Assembly (NCBI GenBank): GCA_945865725.1
Contig: CAMBEO010000001.1
Coordinates: forward strand, 51,102 to 115,101
Length of the DNA: 64,000 nt
Direction: 5' to 3'
DNA from: Thermoflexus hugenholtzii JAD2
GTDB taxonomy: Bacteria; Chloroflexota; UBA11872; UBA12225
Shown here: piece after piece, positions 27,562-37,249 of the stretch
Layout of the letters: the number at the start of each line of letters is the position of its first letter
Position numbering within the stretch: the first letter of the stretch is position 1
The notes under the pieces: model-generated
What the model saw: only the letters and a program-made list of their open reading frames with translations
Database searches by the model: none
What the model was told of the DNA's origin: nothing
Position numbers and translations under genes: made by a program

Positions 27562-29030
27562 TGACCGCAACCACGCGCCGCTTCTTCATCGAAAACCTCG
27601 GGTGCCCCAAGAACGCCGTCGAGGGCGAGGGCATGGCCGAACGGCTTCGCCTCGCTGGCTACGCCGCCACCGATGACGCCCACGACGCGGACGTCGTCAT
27701 CGTCAACACGTGCAGCTTCATCCAGCCGGCGCAGGAGGAGTCGATCGACCGCCTCTTCCACTACCTGAACGCCCGCCGCACGGGCCAGAAGGTCGTCGCC
27801 GCCGGGTGCCTCGCCGAACGCTTCGGCGACGCCCTCGACAAGGACATGCCCGAACTCGACGGCATCATCGGCACGCGCCAGTGGTTCGAGATCGACCGCC
27901 TTCTGGCCGAGGTCGAACGGGGCGTCCGCCCCTGTTGGCACGGTGCCGATGCGGTCGCCGACCCGACGTTCGCGCGCCATGCCGTCGGCCCGACCGCGTA
28001 CGTCAAGATCGCCGAGGGGTGCAACATGGCGTGCACCTTCTGCGCGATCCCGTCGTTCAAGGGGGCCCAGCGCAGCAAGGCGGTCGCCGACGTCGTCGCC
28101 GAGGTGCGCCAACTTGTCGATGGCGGCGCCCGCGAAGTCATCCTCGTCGCCCAGAACACCACCGCGTACGGCCTTGACATGGCCCGCGAACCGGGCACCA
28201 CGCGCGGGTCGTCACCCCTCGCGCGCCTGCTCGAGGCCATCTGCGCGGGCGTCCCTGACCTGCCGTGGTTGCGGGTGCACTACTGCTACCCGGGGTGGGT
28301 CAATGATGACCTCCTCGAGACGATGGCTCGCCTCGATCAGGTCGTGAACTACCTTGACATGCCGTTGCAGCATGCCGACCCCGAAATCCTGCGCGCGATG
28401 AACCGCCCGCGAGACATGCGCCACGTCGCCGACGTCCTGGCGCGCGCGCGCACCCTCATGCCCGACCTTGCCCTGCGCACCACCTTCATCGCCGGCTTCC
28501 CCGGCGAGACCGACGCGCACTGGCAGTCGGTCCTCGACTTCATGGACGAGGTTCGCTTCGACCACGTCGGCGTCTTCACGTACTTCCCGGAGGTCGGAAC
28601 CCCGGCGGCCTCCCTTGGAGGCACCGTGCCCGACCGCACCCGGAAGCGGCGCCAGCGGGCGGCCATGGCGCGCCAGCAGGAGATCTCCGCCTCGCGCACC
28701 GCCACCCTCGTCGGCACGACCATCGACGTCCTCGTGGAGGGCGTCGCCGAGGATGACGCCCGTGCGTCCGGCATCGGCGGCACGGGCGCACGCCTGGTCG
28801 GGCGCACCTTCCGCGACGCACCCGAGGTCGACGGCTTCACCGTCTTCGAAGGCACCGCCCGCCGTGGCCAGATCGTGCCGGTCGCGATCACCCGCAGCGG
28901 CCCCTACGACCTGTTCGGGCATCAGGTCGGCTTCGTGCCCGCCGCCCTCGGGACGGATCACCCGGTCAACGGCGCGGCACCTCGCAAGCGCATCGGCCTG
29001 AAGTCCTTGCCGATGGCCCAACCACGATAA
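27562..29030 (+). CDS. rimO: ribosomal protein S12 methylthiotransferase RimO
   Basis: FIENLGCPKNAVEGEGM...VIVNTCSFI; radical-SAM motif GCNMACTFCAIP; TRAM-like end ...GQIVPVAITRSGPYDLFGHQV. The last 15 or so codons lie in a repeat shared with the transposase remnant. Confidence 0.85.
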
Positions 29031-29032
29031 GG
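28987..29032. repeat. direct repeat copy 1 (about 45 bp), overlapping the rimO 3-prime end and stop
   Basis: agcgcatcggcctgaagtccttgccgatggcccaaccacgataagg recurs at 29803-29847 with 2 mismatches. Confidence 0.9.
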
Positions 29033-29036
29033 GGCC

Positions 29037-29174
29037 TCCGTCTCCCGCGAAGCGGGGGACGGATCGCGTACGCGGATAACGATGTCGGGGGTCGGGGGTC
29101 ACGCCCCGCCGGATCGCCGCGTTACGCCCGGCCCCCACCCCCAGCCCCTCCCCCGCTGGCGCGGGAGAGGGGAG
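29037..29174. repeat. composite palindromic element, copy 1 (hairpin + atcgcgtacgcggataacgatgtcgggg core + inverted family-A hairpin)
   Basis: The same module order and near-identical core recur at 50020-50181. Confidence 0.85.
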
Positions 29175-29181
29175 TTCCGCT

Positions 29182-29412
29182 CCGCGGGCATCCTGCCCGC
29201 TCCGCCGCCGTGGTATCGCGCCGACCACCGGACGCGCACCCGCAGGGCCGTCGATAGGCGCACGGATCGTCGCGGCGGGCATCGATTCCGCTCCCCTCTC
29301 CCGCGAAGCGGGGGAGGGGCTGGGGGTGGGGGTCCCTGGGCAATGCCACCGCCCTCGCGGCGGAAGCAGATCGCCAGTCAGCCACGATCCCGGAGCGGGC
29401 AGGATGCCCGCG
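29182..29412. mobile_element. MITE-like unit bounded by about 22-bp inverted repeats (family B), carrying a family-A hairpin at 29291-29332
   Basis: Left end ccgcgggcatcctgcccgctccg and right end cggagcgggcaggatgcccgcg are reverse complements. The internal ctcccctctcccgcgaagcgggggaggggctgggggtggggg is a 12-bp stem with a GAA loop. Confidence 0.6.
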
Positions 29413-29525
29413 CACCGACAACGGCACCCCGACGCGCGAGGCGCTTTCGGAGGGGCGGCCTCCCCAGCCACTCCTTTGCCGGCAGGACGCCGGCGCTCCC
29501 AGTCCCCGCCCCGGCGGGTTCGGGA

Positions 29526-29850
29526 GGGTGCTGGCGTCCGGGTCACGCGCGCGAGGCGTGCGCGGGCACGGCGGGCGAGGTCCGCGAGGACGGCGTCGGC
29601 GACCGTGATGGCGGCGGCGAGCACCCACCAGATGGCGACGACGTGGGTCGCCAGGAAGAGGCGCCCGACCCGTGCGGGGTCGCGGCTCCCGGTCGCCTTC
29701 AAGTCCCAGCCCCGCGACTTCCACGCCAGGAAGTGACGCTCGATCCCCCAGCGGGTTGCACAGGCGTCCAGGGCGTCGTCCCCGGGGCGCCTGATGGCGC
29801 GCGAGCGCATCGGCCTGAAGTCCTTGCCGATGGCCCAGCCACGATAGGCA
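29526..29850 (-). pseudogene. C-terminal remnant of an IS4/DDE_Tnp_1-type transposase
   Basis: ...YRGWAIGKDFRPMRSRAIRRPGDDALDACATRWGIERHFLAWKSRGWDLKATGSRDPARVGRLFLATHVVAIWWVL contains the RW.IE..F...K block of the DDE C-terminal region. No N-terminal catalytic part is present. Confidence 0.55.
29803..29847. repeat. direct repeat copy 2 (inside the transposase remnant)
   Basis: Matches 28987-29032. Confidence 0.9.
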
Positions 29851-29859
29851 GGCCGCCCC

Positions 29860-30810
29860 TCACCCGCCAAGGTCGCCGCGGCACTCTGCGGTGATCGCCG
29901 CGAGCGCGCGGTCGGCGAGCGGCACCAGCGGGTTGCCCGTCGGCCGGTAATACGGCAGGCAGATCGCCGCCCAGCTCAGCGCCCACCCGCGCCCGCGCGC
30001 CCACGTCGCGTCGTCGCTCCCACACGCCTCGCGGAATGCCCGCCGTGCGTCGCCGTCGAACAGCATCCACCCGGCCATCAGGTCGGTCGCCGGGTCTCCC
30101 GTCGAAAGGCACCCCCAGTCGATCGCGGCCACGATTTGCCCGTCACTTCCCAGGAGGTTGACCGGGATCAGGTCGCCGTGGACCCACCGGGGCGCCCCGG
30201 CCCACGGAGTAACGGCCAGCGAGGCCACCCACGCGTCCATCAGGAGGGGCAGGTCGAAGCCGTCGCCGAGAAGTGCGAGGTTCCGTCGCGTCGCGTCGTC
30301 GCGAAGGGCAAGGGGCACGCCCCGCCTTGAGGTGCTCGGCGACGGCGGCGGCCCACCCGTGGCATCGATCGCCCCAAGCGCCCGCACGAACGCCCCGAGG
30401 TCGCGTGCCGCCGCGACCGGATCGCGAAGGCCATCGGGCGTCACCGACTCGCCCTTGATCCACCGCACGACCGCCCACGGCCACGGGAAGGCCGCCGTCG
30501 CCGGGGCGGTGGCCACGACTTCCGGGATGGCCAACGGCAACTGGGGCGCGAGGAATGGCAGCCATCGCGCCTCGGCATCGACCTGGCCGGCCGCCGACGG
30601 TCGCCGGGGCAGGCGCACCGCGAGGTCGTCGCCCAGGCGGTAGATCGCGTGGTCGGTACCGCCCGGCACGACGCGTCGCAGCGGCCAGTCGCGCCACTCC
30701 GGGAACCGGTCCGCGACGAGGCGCCGCGCAAGGGCCACGTCACTGTCGATCTCGTCGACATGAAGGCGCCTGCCGCCGCCATCCCCTGCGATGGGGGCCG
30801 CGCCGGTCAT
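29860..30810 (-). CDS. APH-family (aminoglycoside/small-molecule) phosphotransferase
   Basis: ...[16 protein letters not shown]...[36 protein letters not shown] contains Brenner HGD..N and the DW/D motif. The ATG overlaps the glpK stop (ATGA). Confidence 0.75.
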   Translation of the reverse strand: MTGAAPIAGDGGGRRLHVDEIDSDVALARRLVADRFPEWRDWPLRRVVPGGTDHAIYRLGDDLAVRLPRRPSAAGQVDAEARWLPFLAPQLPLAIPEVVATAPATAAFPWPWAVVRWIKGESVTPDGLRDPVAAARDLGAFVRALGAIDATGGPPPSPSTSRRGVPLALRDDATRRNLALLGDGFDLPLLMDAWVASLAVTPWAGAPRWVHGDLIPVNLLGSDGQIVAAIDWGCLSTGDPATDLMAGWMLFDGDARRAFREACGSDDATWARGRGWALSWAAICLPYYRPTGNPLVPLADRALAAITAECRGDLGG

Positions 30811-32318
30811 GCCCAGTCGAACGATCTCGCGACCGCCTTCTTCCACCCCGCGAAGAGCGCCGCGCGGGTGTCGTCGGCCATCGACGGCGCCCAGTCCCGG
30901 TCCTGTTCCCAGTTTGCCCGCAGCTCGCCGAGGTCGCGCCAATACCCGACCGCGAGGCCGGCGGCGTACGCCGCACCGAGAGCCGTCGTTTCCGTCACGC
31001 GGGGCCGGATCACCGGCACGTCAAGGATGTCGGCCTGGAACTGCATCAACAGGTCGTTCGCCACCATGCCGCCGTCGACGCGCAAGGAGGTCAACGTGAC
31101 GCCGCTGTCGGCATGCATCGCATCGACCACCTCGCGGACCTGGTACGCCGTCGCCTCGAGGGTCGCGCGGGCGAGGTGAGCCTTCGTCACGTACCGCGTC
31201 AGGCCGGCGATGACGCCGCGCGCGTCCGACCGCCAGTACGGCGCGAACAGCCCGGAGAACGCCGGGACGACGTACGCGCCGCCGTTGTCGGGCACCGACC
31301 GCGCCAGCGGTTCGATGTCCGGGGCGCGTTCGATCAGGCCGAGGTTGTCGCGCAGCCACTGCACGAGGGCGCCCGCGATCGCGATCGACCCCTCGAGGGC
31401 GTAGGTCGCCGGCGCGTCGCCGAGCTTGTACCCAAGGGTCGTCAGAAGCCCGTGCTTCGAGGCGACCGGCGCCGTACCCGTGTTCAACAGCAGGAAGCAC
31501 CCGGTGCCATACGTGTTTTTCGCCTCGCCCGGCGAGAAGCACGCCTGGCCCATCAGCGCCGCATGTTGGTCCCCCAGGGCACCCGCCACCGGCACGCCTT
31601 CAAGCATCCCTCGGGCGATGCCGTACACCTCGCTCGATGACCGGATGCACGGCAGGATCGCCGCCGGCACGCCGATGGCGTCCAGGAGGACCGGGTCCCA
31701 GTCAAGCGTGTGGAGGTTCATGAGGAGGGTGCGCCCTGCGTTCGTGACGTCGGTGACGTGCACGCCGCCCGACGGCCCGCCGGTGAGGTTCCAGATCAGC
31801 CAGGCATCGATCGTGCCCGCAAGCAGCTCGCCGCGCGCGGCGCGGTCCCGAGCATCCGGCACGCGGTCGAGCAACCACCGCAACTTCGGCCCGGAGAAGT
31901 ACGTCGCCAGCGGCAATCCCGTGCGGTCGCGGAAGCGGTCCTGCCCGCCATCGGTCGCGAGCTCGTCGCACAGTCCCGCCGTCCGCATGTCCTGCCAGAC
32001 GATTGCCGGGGCGACCGGTTGACCGGTCTGGCGGTCCCACAGGACCGTCGTCTCCCGCTGGTTCGTCACCCCGACCGCGGCGAGGTCCCCCGGCACGAGG
32101 CCTCCGCGCGCCAGTGCCTCCGACACCACCTGTTGCGTGCGGGTCCAGATCTCGACGGCATCGTGCTCGACCCATCCCGGTTGCGGGAAATGCTGCGCGT
32201 GCTCCGCCTGCGCGCTGGCGACCGGGTGCCCGGCGTGATCGAAGACGATGCACCGCGTGCTGGTCGTCCCCTGGTCGATCGCCGCGACGTGGCGGCGCGA
32301 GGCCCTTACCTCCGACAT
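30807..32318 (-). CDS. glpK: glycerol kinase
   Basis: [17 protein letters not shown]...[11 protein letters not shown]...[10 protein letters not shown]...[21 protein letters not shown]. Confidence 0.95.
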   Translation of the reverse strand: MSEVRASRRHVAAIDQGTTSTRCIVFDHAGHPVASAQAEHAQHFPQPGWVEHDAVEIWTRTQQVVSEALARGGLVPGDLAAVGVTNQRETTVLWDRQTGQPVAPAIVWQDMRTAGLCDELATDGGQDRFRDRTGLPLATYFSGPKLRWLLDRVPDARDRAARGELLAGTIDAWLIWNLTGGPSGGVHVTDVTNAGRTLLMNLHTLDWDPVLLDAIGVPAAILPCIRSSSEVYGIARGMLEGVPVAGALGDQHAALMGQACFSPGEAKNTYGTGCFLLLNTGTAPVASKHGLLTTLGYKLGDAPATYALEGSIAIAGALVQWLRDNLGLIERAPDIEPLARSVPDNGGAYVVPAFSGLFAPYWRSDARGVIAGLTRYVTKAHLARATLEATAYQVREVVDAMHADSGVTLTSLRVDGGMVANDLLMQFQADILDVPVIRPRVTETTALGAAYAAGLAVGYWRDLGELRANWEQDRDWAPSMADDTRAALFAGWKKAVARSFDWA

Positions 32319-32384
32319 CTGTCCCTCCCGTGGTCACGTTGCCCGCTGGTCACCCGGTCCCGCCGGAGTGGGTGGATGGGTGCC

Positions 32385-32421
32385 CCTGGTCCGCGGGCAT
32401 CCCTGCCGGCCGGAGTGGGGG
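32385..32421. repeat. solo family-B repeat end in the glpD-glpK spacer
   Basis: cctggtccgcgggcatccctgccggccggagtggggg closely matches the left end of the element at 59062-59214. Confidence 0.7.
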
Positions 32422-32439
32422 ATGCTGGGAATGCCGATG

Positions 32440-34131
32440 TCACGCCGACCGTCCCGGCACCGCGTATTGCGCGGCCTCGACCTCGTAGTCGGCGACGGCG
32501 GCGTCGCGTCGTCCGTCCGACCACCCGAGTTCCCGCGCGAGGAGCGACGCGACATCCCTCGCCGCCGACCGCCCCTGGTCGCGCGTCAGCAGCGCCACGC
32601 GCAGGCGCCGCGCAAGGACGTCGCCGACCGACCCGGCCTGCTCGTGCCGGATCCCGTACGCCGCCTCGGCGCGCGTCGACCCGACCCTTGCGTCGCCCGG
32701 GACCAGCGGGGCGGCCAGCGACGGGTCATCCTCGACCATCGCTTCGAGGACCGGGAACCGGGCGCCGTAGCGGGCGATCATGGCCGCGCGAAACTCGCGC
32801 CCCGCCGGTCCCGTAGCACCCGCGAGCGCTCCGTCGCGCCACGCCGCAAACTCGGCGACCCCCATCGGGCGCGCGAAGCCCCCCAGCGATTTGGTCGACG
32901 TGACCGACGCGCCCGCGCCACGTGGCCCCGTGAGCCGGCGGGCCGCCACGTCGACCACCCGTTGCGCCATGTGCCGGAAGGTCGTCAGCTTGCCCCCCGC
33001 GATCGCGACAAGCCCCGGTTCCAGCTCCCATACCCGGTCCTCACGCGAAAGGGACCTCGTCGGGCGCCCGTCGCGCCCTGCTATCGAGACCAGTGGTCGA
33101 AGTCCCGCCTGCGTCGCGAGCACGTCCCCTCGGCCGAGGCCTGCGTGCGGGAAGGCACGGTTTGCGGCCTCGAGAAGGTAGTCCATCTCCTCCGGCAGCG
33201 TCACCGGTGCGGCAAGGTCCCCCGCGTACGGCGAGTCCGTCGTGCCGATCATCGCCACGCCGAGCCACGGCACGATGAAGAACAGGCGCCCGTCACGCGT
33301 CGTCGACCCGTACACCGCCGCGTCCCGGGGGAACCCGTCGATGGGGACGAAGAGGTGCACGCCCTTCGCGGGCAGGACACGGGGATGGCCGGCGCGTGGC
33401 GCGACGATGTCCTCCAACCAGACGCCGGCGGCGACGACCACGACCGGCGCATCGACCTGGAAGGCCTCGCCGGTCACGAGGTCCTCCACGGCGGCCCCGG
33501 TCACCACGCCGTTCCGCCGCACGACCTCGCGCATCGCGACGCGGTTCGCCACCGCCGCCCCATGCGCGACCGCACCGGCCAGGACCTCGACGACCATGCG
33601 GGCGTCGTCGGTCTGCGCGTCGCGATAGACGTACGCGCCCGCAAGGCCGGGTTCAGCGAGACCGGGTGCGAGCCGTCGCGTCGCCGCCGTCTCAAGCCAC
33701 TGGTGGCGCGGCGCACCTGACCCGATGGCGAGCGCGTCGTACAGCGCCAAGCCGGCGGCGAGCGTCGCCCGCTCGCGCCAGCCACCGTAGATCGGGAAGA
33801 GGAACGGCGTCAGCTCGACGAGGTGCGGCGCCAGGCGGCCTACCACCCCGCGTTCGTGCAGGGCTTGCCGCACCAGGAGCACGTCCGCCTGCTGCAGGTA
33901 GCGGAGCCCACCGTGCAGGAGCTTGGTCGACCGCGAGCTCGTCCCCGAGGCGACATCCTGCTTCTCGACGAGGGCGACCCGCAGCCCCCGCGACGCGGCG
34001 TCCCACGCCACGCCCGCGCCGGTAATGCCCCCACCGACGACGAGAAGGTCAAAGCGTTCGCGACGCAAGCGCTCGACGTGCGCCTCGCGACGGCCCAGGC
34101 CGACCGGTGCGGGGCTGGGGGCGGTGCCCAT
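32440..34131 (-). CDS. glpD: FAD-dependent glycerol-3-phosphate dehydrogenase
   Basis: FDLLVVGGGITGAGVAWDAASRGLRVALVEKQDVASGTSSRSTKLLHGGLRYL. Confidence 0.9.
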   Translation of the reverse strand: MGTAPSPAPVGLGRREAHVERLRRERFDLLVVGGGITGAGVAWDAASRGLRVALVEKQDVASGTSSRSTKLLHGGLRYLQQADVLLVRQALHERGVVGRLAPHLVELTPFLFPIYGGWRERATLAAGLALYDALAIGSGAPRHQWLETAATRRLAPGLAEPGLAGAYVYRDAQTDDARMVVEVLAGAVAHGAAVANRVAMREVVRRNGVVTGAAVEDLVTGEAFQVDAPVVVVAAGVWLEDIVAPRAGHPRVLPAKGVHLFVPIDGFPRDAAVYGSTTRDGRLFFIVPWLGVAMIGTTDSPYAGDLAAPVTLPEEMDYLLEAANRAFPHAGLGRGDVLATQAGLRPLVSIAGRDGRPTRSLSREDRVWELEPGLVAIAGGKLTTFRHMAQRVVDVAARRLTGPRGAGASVTSTKSLGGFARPMGVAEFAAWRDGALAGATGPAGREFRAAMIARYGARFPVLEAMVEDDPSLAAPLVPGDARVGSTRAEAAYGIRHEQAGSVGDVLARRLRVALLTRDQGRSAARDVASLLARELGWSDGRRDAAVADYEVEAAQYAVPGRSA

Positions 34132-34262
34132 CGACCGACGCTATCACATTGCGGCCGAGGTCGGCCGCAGGTGCCCACCAGAAGCGCCCGGGTCTCGTTC
34201 TGGTCAGTGCGGGGAGCGTCGTCGTTCCCCGGCGCAGACGGTCGCTATACTCGAGGGGCCCA

Positions 34263-35216
34263 ATGAGGAACCTCTTCCGCCGGGCGCTGCCCCTCGTAAC
34301 CGGCGACGCGGCGCAAGAGGCGGCTCCCGATCTCTGGGTGCGGTGCGGTCGGTGCCGCGAGTTGCTCTACACCCGCGAGTGGGAGGCGGCGCACCGCGTG
34401 TGCGCCAAGTGCGGCTTCCACGCCCGCCTCAGCGTCGCTGACCGGTTGGCCCACCTCCTCGACGCCGGTTCCTGGCACGAGCGCGACGCCAACCTCCGCC
34501 CCTCCGACCCCTTGGGCTTCGCACCGCCCGGTCGCCCAAGCTACGTTGACAAGCTTGCTGCCGAGGCGCGCGAGTCGGGTCAGACCGAGGCCGCCGTCTA
34601 CGGTCACGGCACCATCGACGGCATCCCCGTCGTGCTCGCCATCCTCGACATGGCGTACTTCGCCGGCACCCTCGGCGCCGTCGTCGGCGAGAAGGTCGCC
34701 CGCGCCTTCGAGCTTGGCATCGCCGAGCGATGCGCCGTCGTCGTCGTCTCCGCCTCCGGCGGCGCACGCCAGCAGGAGGGGGTCGTCGCCCTCGTCCAGA
34801 TGGCCAAGGCGGCCGCCGCCGTGCAGGCCCTCGCCGGCGCGCGCCTGCCCTACGTCTCGATCCTTACCGACCCGACCCTCGGCGGCGTCACGGCGAGCTT
34901 TGCCACCCTTGGCGACTGCATCCTGGCCGAGCCCGGCGCCGTGATCGGCTTCGCCGGGCCCCGCATCATCGAGCAGACCACCGGCGAGAAGTTGCCCCCC
35001 GGCGCGCAGACGGCGGAGTTCCAGCTGGCTCACGGCATGGTCGACCTCGTCGTCGCCCGTCGCGACCAGAAGGCGGCGGTCGCGCGCGTCATCCGCCTCC
35101 TTCTCGATGGCACCGCCGCGACCGTCGTCGCGCCGGGAGCGCCGGAACCGGCCGCCACTGGCACGAACGGCACCAGCTTCGCGACCTCCCCGACCGTCGC
35201 CCAGGTCACTCGATGA
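34263..35216 (+). CDS. accD: acetyl-CoA carboxylase carboxyltransferase beta subunit
   Basis: Zn-ribbon WVRCGRCRELLY...CAKCGFHARL followed by the carboxyltransferase domain. GAGGGG RBS. Confidence 0.9.
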   Translation: MRNLFRRALPLVTGDAAQEAAPDLWVRCGRCRELLYTREWEAAHRVCAKCGFHARLSVADRLAHLLDAGSWHERDANLRPSDPLGFAPPGRPSYVDKLAAEARESGQTEAAVYGHGTIDGIPVVLAILDMAYFAGTLGAVVGEKVARAFELGIAERCAVVVVSASGGARQQEGVVALVQMAKAAAAVQALAGARLPYVSILTDPTLGGVTASFATLGDCILAEPGAVIGFAGPRIIEQTTGEKLPPGAQTAEFQLAHGMVDLVVARRDQKAAVARVIRLLLDGTAATVVAPGAPEPAATGTNGTSFATSPTVAQVTR

Positions 35217-36187
35217 CGCTCCTCCTCGACTTCGAGAAGCCGGTCGGCGACCTGCGCGCACGTCTCGAGACGGTCGAGCGCGACTACGCCACGGATCCGA
35301 CCGACGAGCTTGGGCGCCTCCGCGCCGACCTCACCCTCGATCTCGCCAATCGCACGCGAGCGATCTACCAGTCGCTCACCCCGTGGCAGACGGTGCAGGT
35401 CGCACGCCACCCGCTCCGGCCCCAGACGCTTGACTACGCGATCGGCATGTGTACGGAGTTCGTGGAGTTCCATGGCGACCGCGCCTTCGGGGATGACCGC
35501 GCGATCGTCGGCGGCCCGGCCCGAATCAACGGCCGCGCCGTGGTCCTCGTCGGCCAGCAGCGAGGGCGCGAGACGCGCGAACGGCTCGACCGCAACTTCG
35601 GGTCGCCCCATCCCGAGGGCTATCGCAAGGCGCACCGCCTCTTCCAGATGGCGGCGAAGTTCGGCCTGCCGGTCGTGACGATGATGGACACCCCCGGGGC
35701 CTCGCCGGGCCTCGGTGACGAGGAACGCGGGCAGGGGTGGGCCTTGGCCGCCAACCTCGCGGCCCTCGCGACCCTGCCGGTGCCGATCGTGTGCGTCGTC
35801 ATCGGCGAGGGCAACAGCGGCGGCGCCCTTGCGATCGGCGTCGGCGACCGCTTCCTGATGCTCGAGCACGCGATCTTTTCGGTGGCCTCGCCCGAGGCCG
35901 CCGCGAGCATCGTCTGGAAGGACGCCAAGCACGCGCCTCACGCCGCCGACGCCCTCAAGCTCACCGCCCCCGACCTCCTGCGCCTGCACTTGATCGACCG
36001 CATCGTGCCCGAACCGGTCGGCGGCGCCCACGGCGACCCCTCGGGCACCATCACCTCCCTTCGCGCCGTCCTCGACGAGGAACTCGCCCGCCTCGCCGCC
36101 ATGCCGGTCGCCGAGCTCGTGGCGTCCCGGTACGCCAAGTACCGGCGCATCGGTTCGTGGTTCGAGCAGGGCGGCGCACCTTCCTGA
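35213..36187 (+). CDS. accA: acetyl-CoA carboxylase carboxyltransferase alpha subunit
   Basis: LDFEKPVGDL...TPWQTVQVARHPLRPQTLDY...GDRAFGDDRAIVGG...GMPHPEGYRKA-like block. The ATG overlaps the accD stop (ATGA). Confidence 0.9.
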   Translation: MTLLLDFEKPVGDLRARLETVERDYATDPTDELGRLRADLTLDLANRTRAIYQSLTPWQTVQVARHPLRPQTLDYAIGMCTEFVEFHGDRAFGDDRAIVGGPARINGRAVVLVGQQRGRETRERLDRNFGSPHPEGYRKAHRLFQMAAKFGLPVVTMMDTPGASPGLGDEERGQGWALAANLAALATLPVPIVCVVIGEGNSGGALAIGVGDRFLMLEHAIFSVASPEAAASIVWKDAKHAPHAADALKLTAPDLLRLHLIDRIVPEPVGGAHGDPSGTITSLRAVLDEELARLAAMPVAELVASRYAKYRRIGSWFEQGGAPS

Positions 36188-36318
36188 CCATGGCCCGCGT
36201 CCGCCTTCGCGTCCCGGCACCCCGCCCGGCGTTCGCGACAGGCGCGGTTGCGACGGCTTCGATCACCCCCATCGACCTGCCGCAAGCGCCCCACGCCGCC
36301 GCCGCACGGGTCGACACG

Positions 36319-36360
36319 CCCCCCCTTTCCCGTCGGGAGAAGGGGCGAGGGAGTGAGGGG
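36319..36360. repeat. family-A hairpin repeat between accA and the rRNA methyltransferase gene
   Basis: ccccccctttcccgtcgggagaaggggcgagggagtgagggg, a stem-loop plus a G-rich GTGAGGG-type tail. Confidence 0.75.
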
Positions 36361-37248
36361 ATGCCCCCCGCGCCCACGCCGGCACCTCACACCGCCGCGC
36401 GCGAGGGGAGGAGCGTTCCTGCCCACGCCCGAATCGTCGCGGAGGTCCTCGCTGCGCGCCACTTCCGCCACCTCTCGCCTGACCTTGTCACCCGCGTGAC
36501 CGCCGTCGAGGCCCCCAAGGCCCCGCGCCACGCCGACGCAGTCGATCGCGTGAAACGGCGCCTCCACCAGGTCGCCAACGCCTACGTCCCCGCCCTGCAT
36601 GCCCCTCGCGATGCCATCGACGCGATCCGCGCCGCCGCCGGTGATGCCGACGCCCTGCGCGTCCTCGCCGTCTCCCTGATGCACGGCCATGCCTCGACCG
36701 CGGAGCGCCTCCCGACGCTCGACCTCGTCGGGCCGGCCCTGCGCCGCGTGATCGGGACCGGTGTCGACCTCCCGCCTCGCCGCGTGGTCGACCTCGCCTG
36801 CGGCCTCAACCCCCTCCTCCTCCCGTGGCTTGGACTTCCGCGCGACTGCACCTACGAGGCCTACGACGTCGATGCCCGCCTCGTCGGCATCGTCGACGCC
36901 TTCCTGCAGGCGTGGGGCCAGTCCGGGTCGGCCTCCGTGCGTGACGTCGTCGGCGACCCCGTCGGCGGGACGGCCGACCTCGTCCTCCTGATGAAGGCCG
37001 TGCCCTGCCTCGACCAGGTGCGAGCCGGTAGCGCCCGCACCGTCCTTTCGGGAATCCACGCCCGACGCGTCATCGTCACCTGGCCCATCCAGTCGCTTGG
37101 CGGCACCGCGAAAGGCATGCGCGCGACCTACCGCCGCGCCTGTGACGCCCTCGTCGCCGACCTGCCGTACGTCGTGGCCGAGGTCGCGATTCCCGGCGAA
37201 CTCGCGTTCGTCCTCGACCGCGCCCCGGGCGCCGGCCCGGACGCCTAG
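36361..37248 (+). CDS. 16S rRNA (guanine1405-N7)-methyltransferase-like protein (Rmt/Arm/Kgm, FmrO family)
   Basis: Blocks HASTAERLP, VVDLACGLNPLLLPW, DLVLLMKAVPCLD and TWPIQSLGGTAKGMRATY align by eye to recalled RmtB blocks HASTKERL, VLDIACGLNPLAL, DLALIFKLLPLLE and SFPTRSLGGRGKGMEANY. Start ATG 36361; an upstream ATG at 36190 would read through the repeat. Confidence 0.7.
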   Translation: MPPAPTPAPHTAAREGRSVPAHARIVAEVLAARHFRHLSPDLVTRVTAVEAPKAPRHADAVDRVKRRLHQVANAYVPALHAPRDAIDAIRAAAGDADALRVLAVSLMHGHASTAERLPTLDLVGPALRRVIGTGVDLPPRRVVDLACGLNPLLLPWLGLPRDCTYEAYDVDARLVGIVDAFLQAWGQSGSASVRDVVGDPVGGTADLVLLMKAVPCLDQVRAGSARTVLSGIHARRVIVTWPIQSLGGTAKGMRATYRRACDALVADLPYVVAEVAIPGELAFVLDRAPGAGPDA

Positions 37249-37249
37249 C

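Noticed and set aside
28212-29525. The rest of the 552-aa minus-strand ORF 28212-29870.
   Set aside because: Only the first 110 or so residues (29526-29850) look like a transposase C-terminus. The remainder runs through palindromic repeats and antisense to rimO, with Arg/Gly-rich translation.
35737-36360. Upstream extension of the rRNA methyltransferase ORF (track start 35737; internal ATG 36190).
   Set aside because: 35737-36187 overlaps accA in another frame. 36190-36360 would translate a family-A hairpin repeat (…PPLSRREKGRGSEGM…), and RmtB-type proteins align from just after the ATG at 36361.
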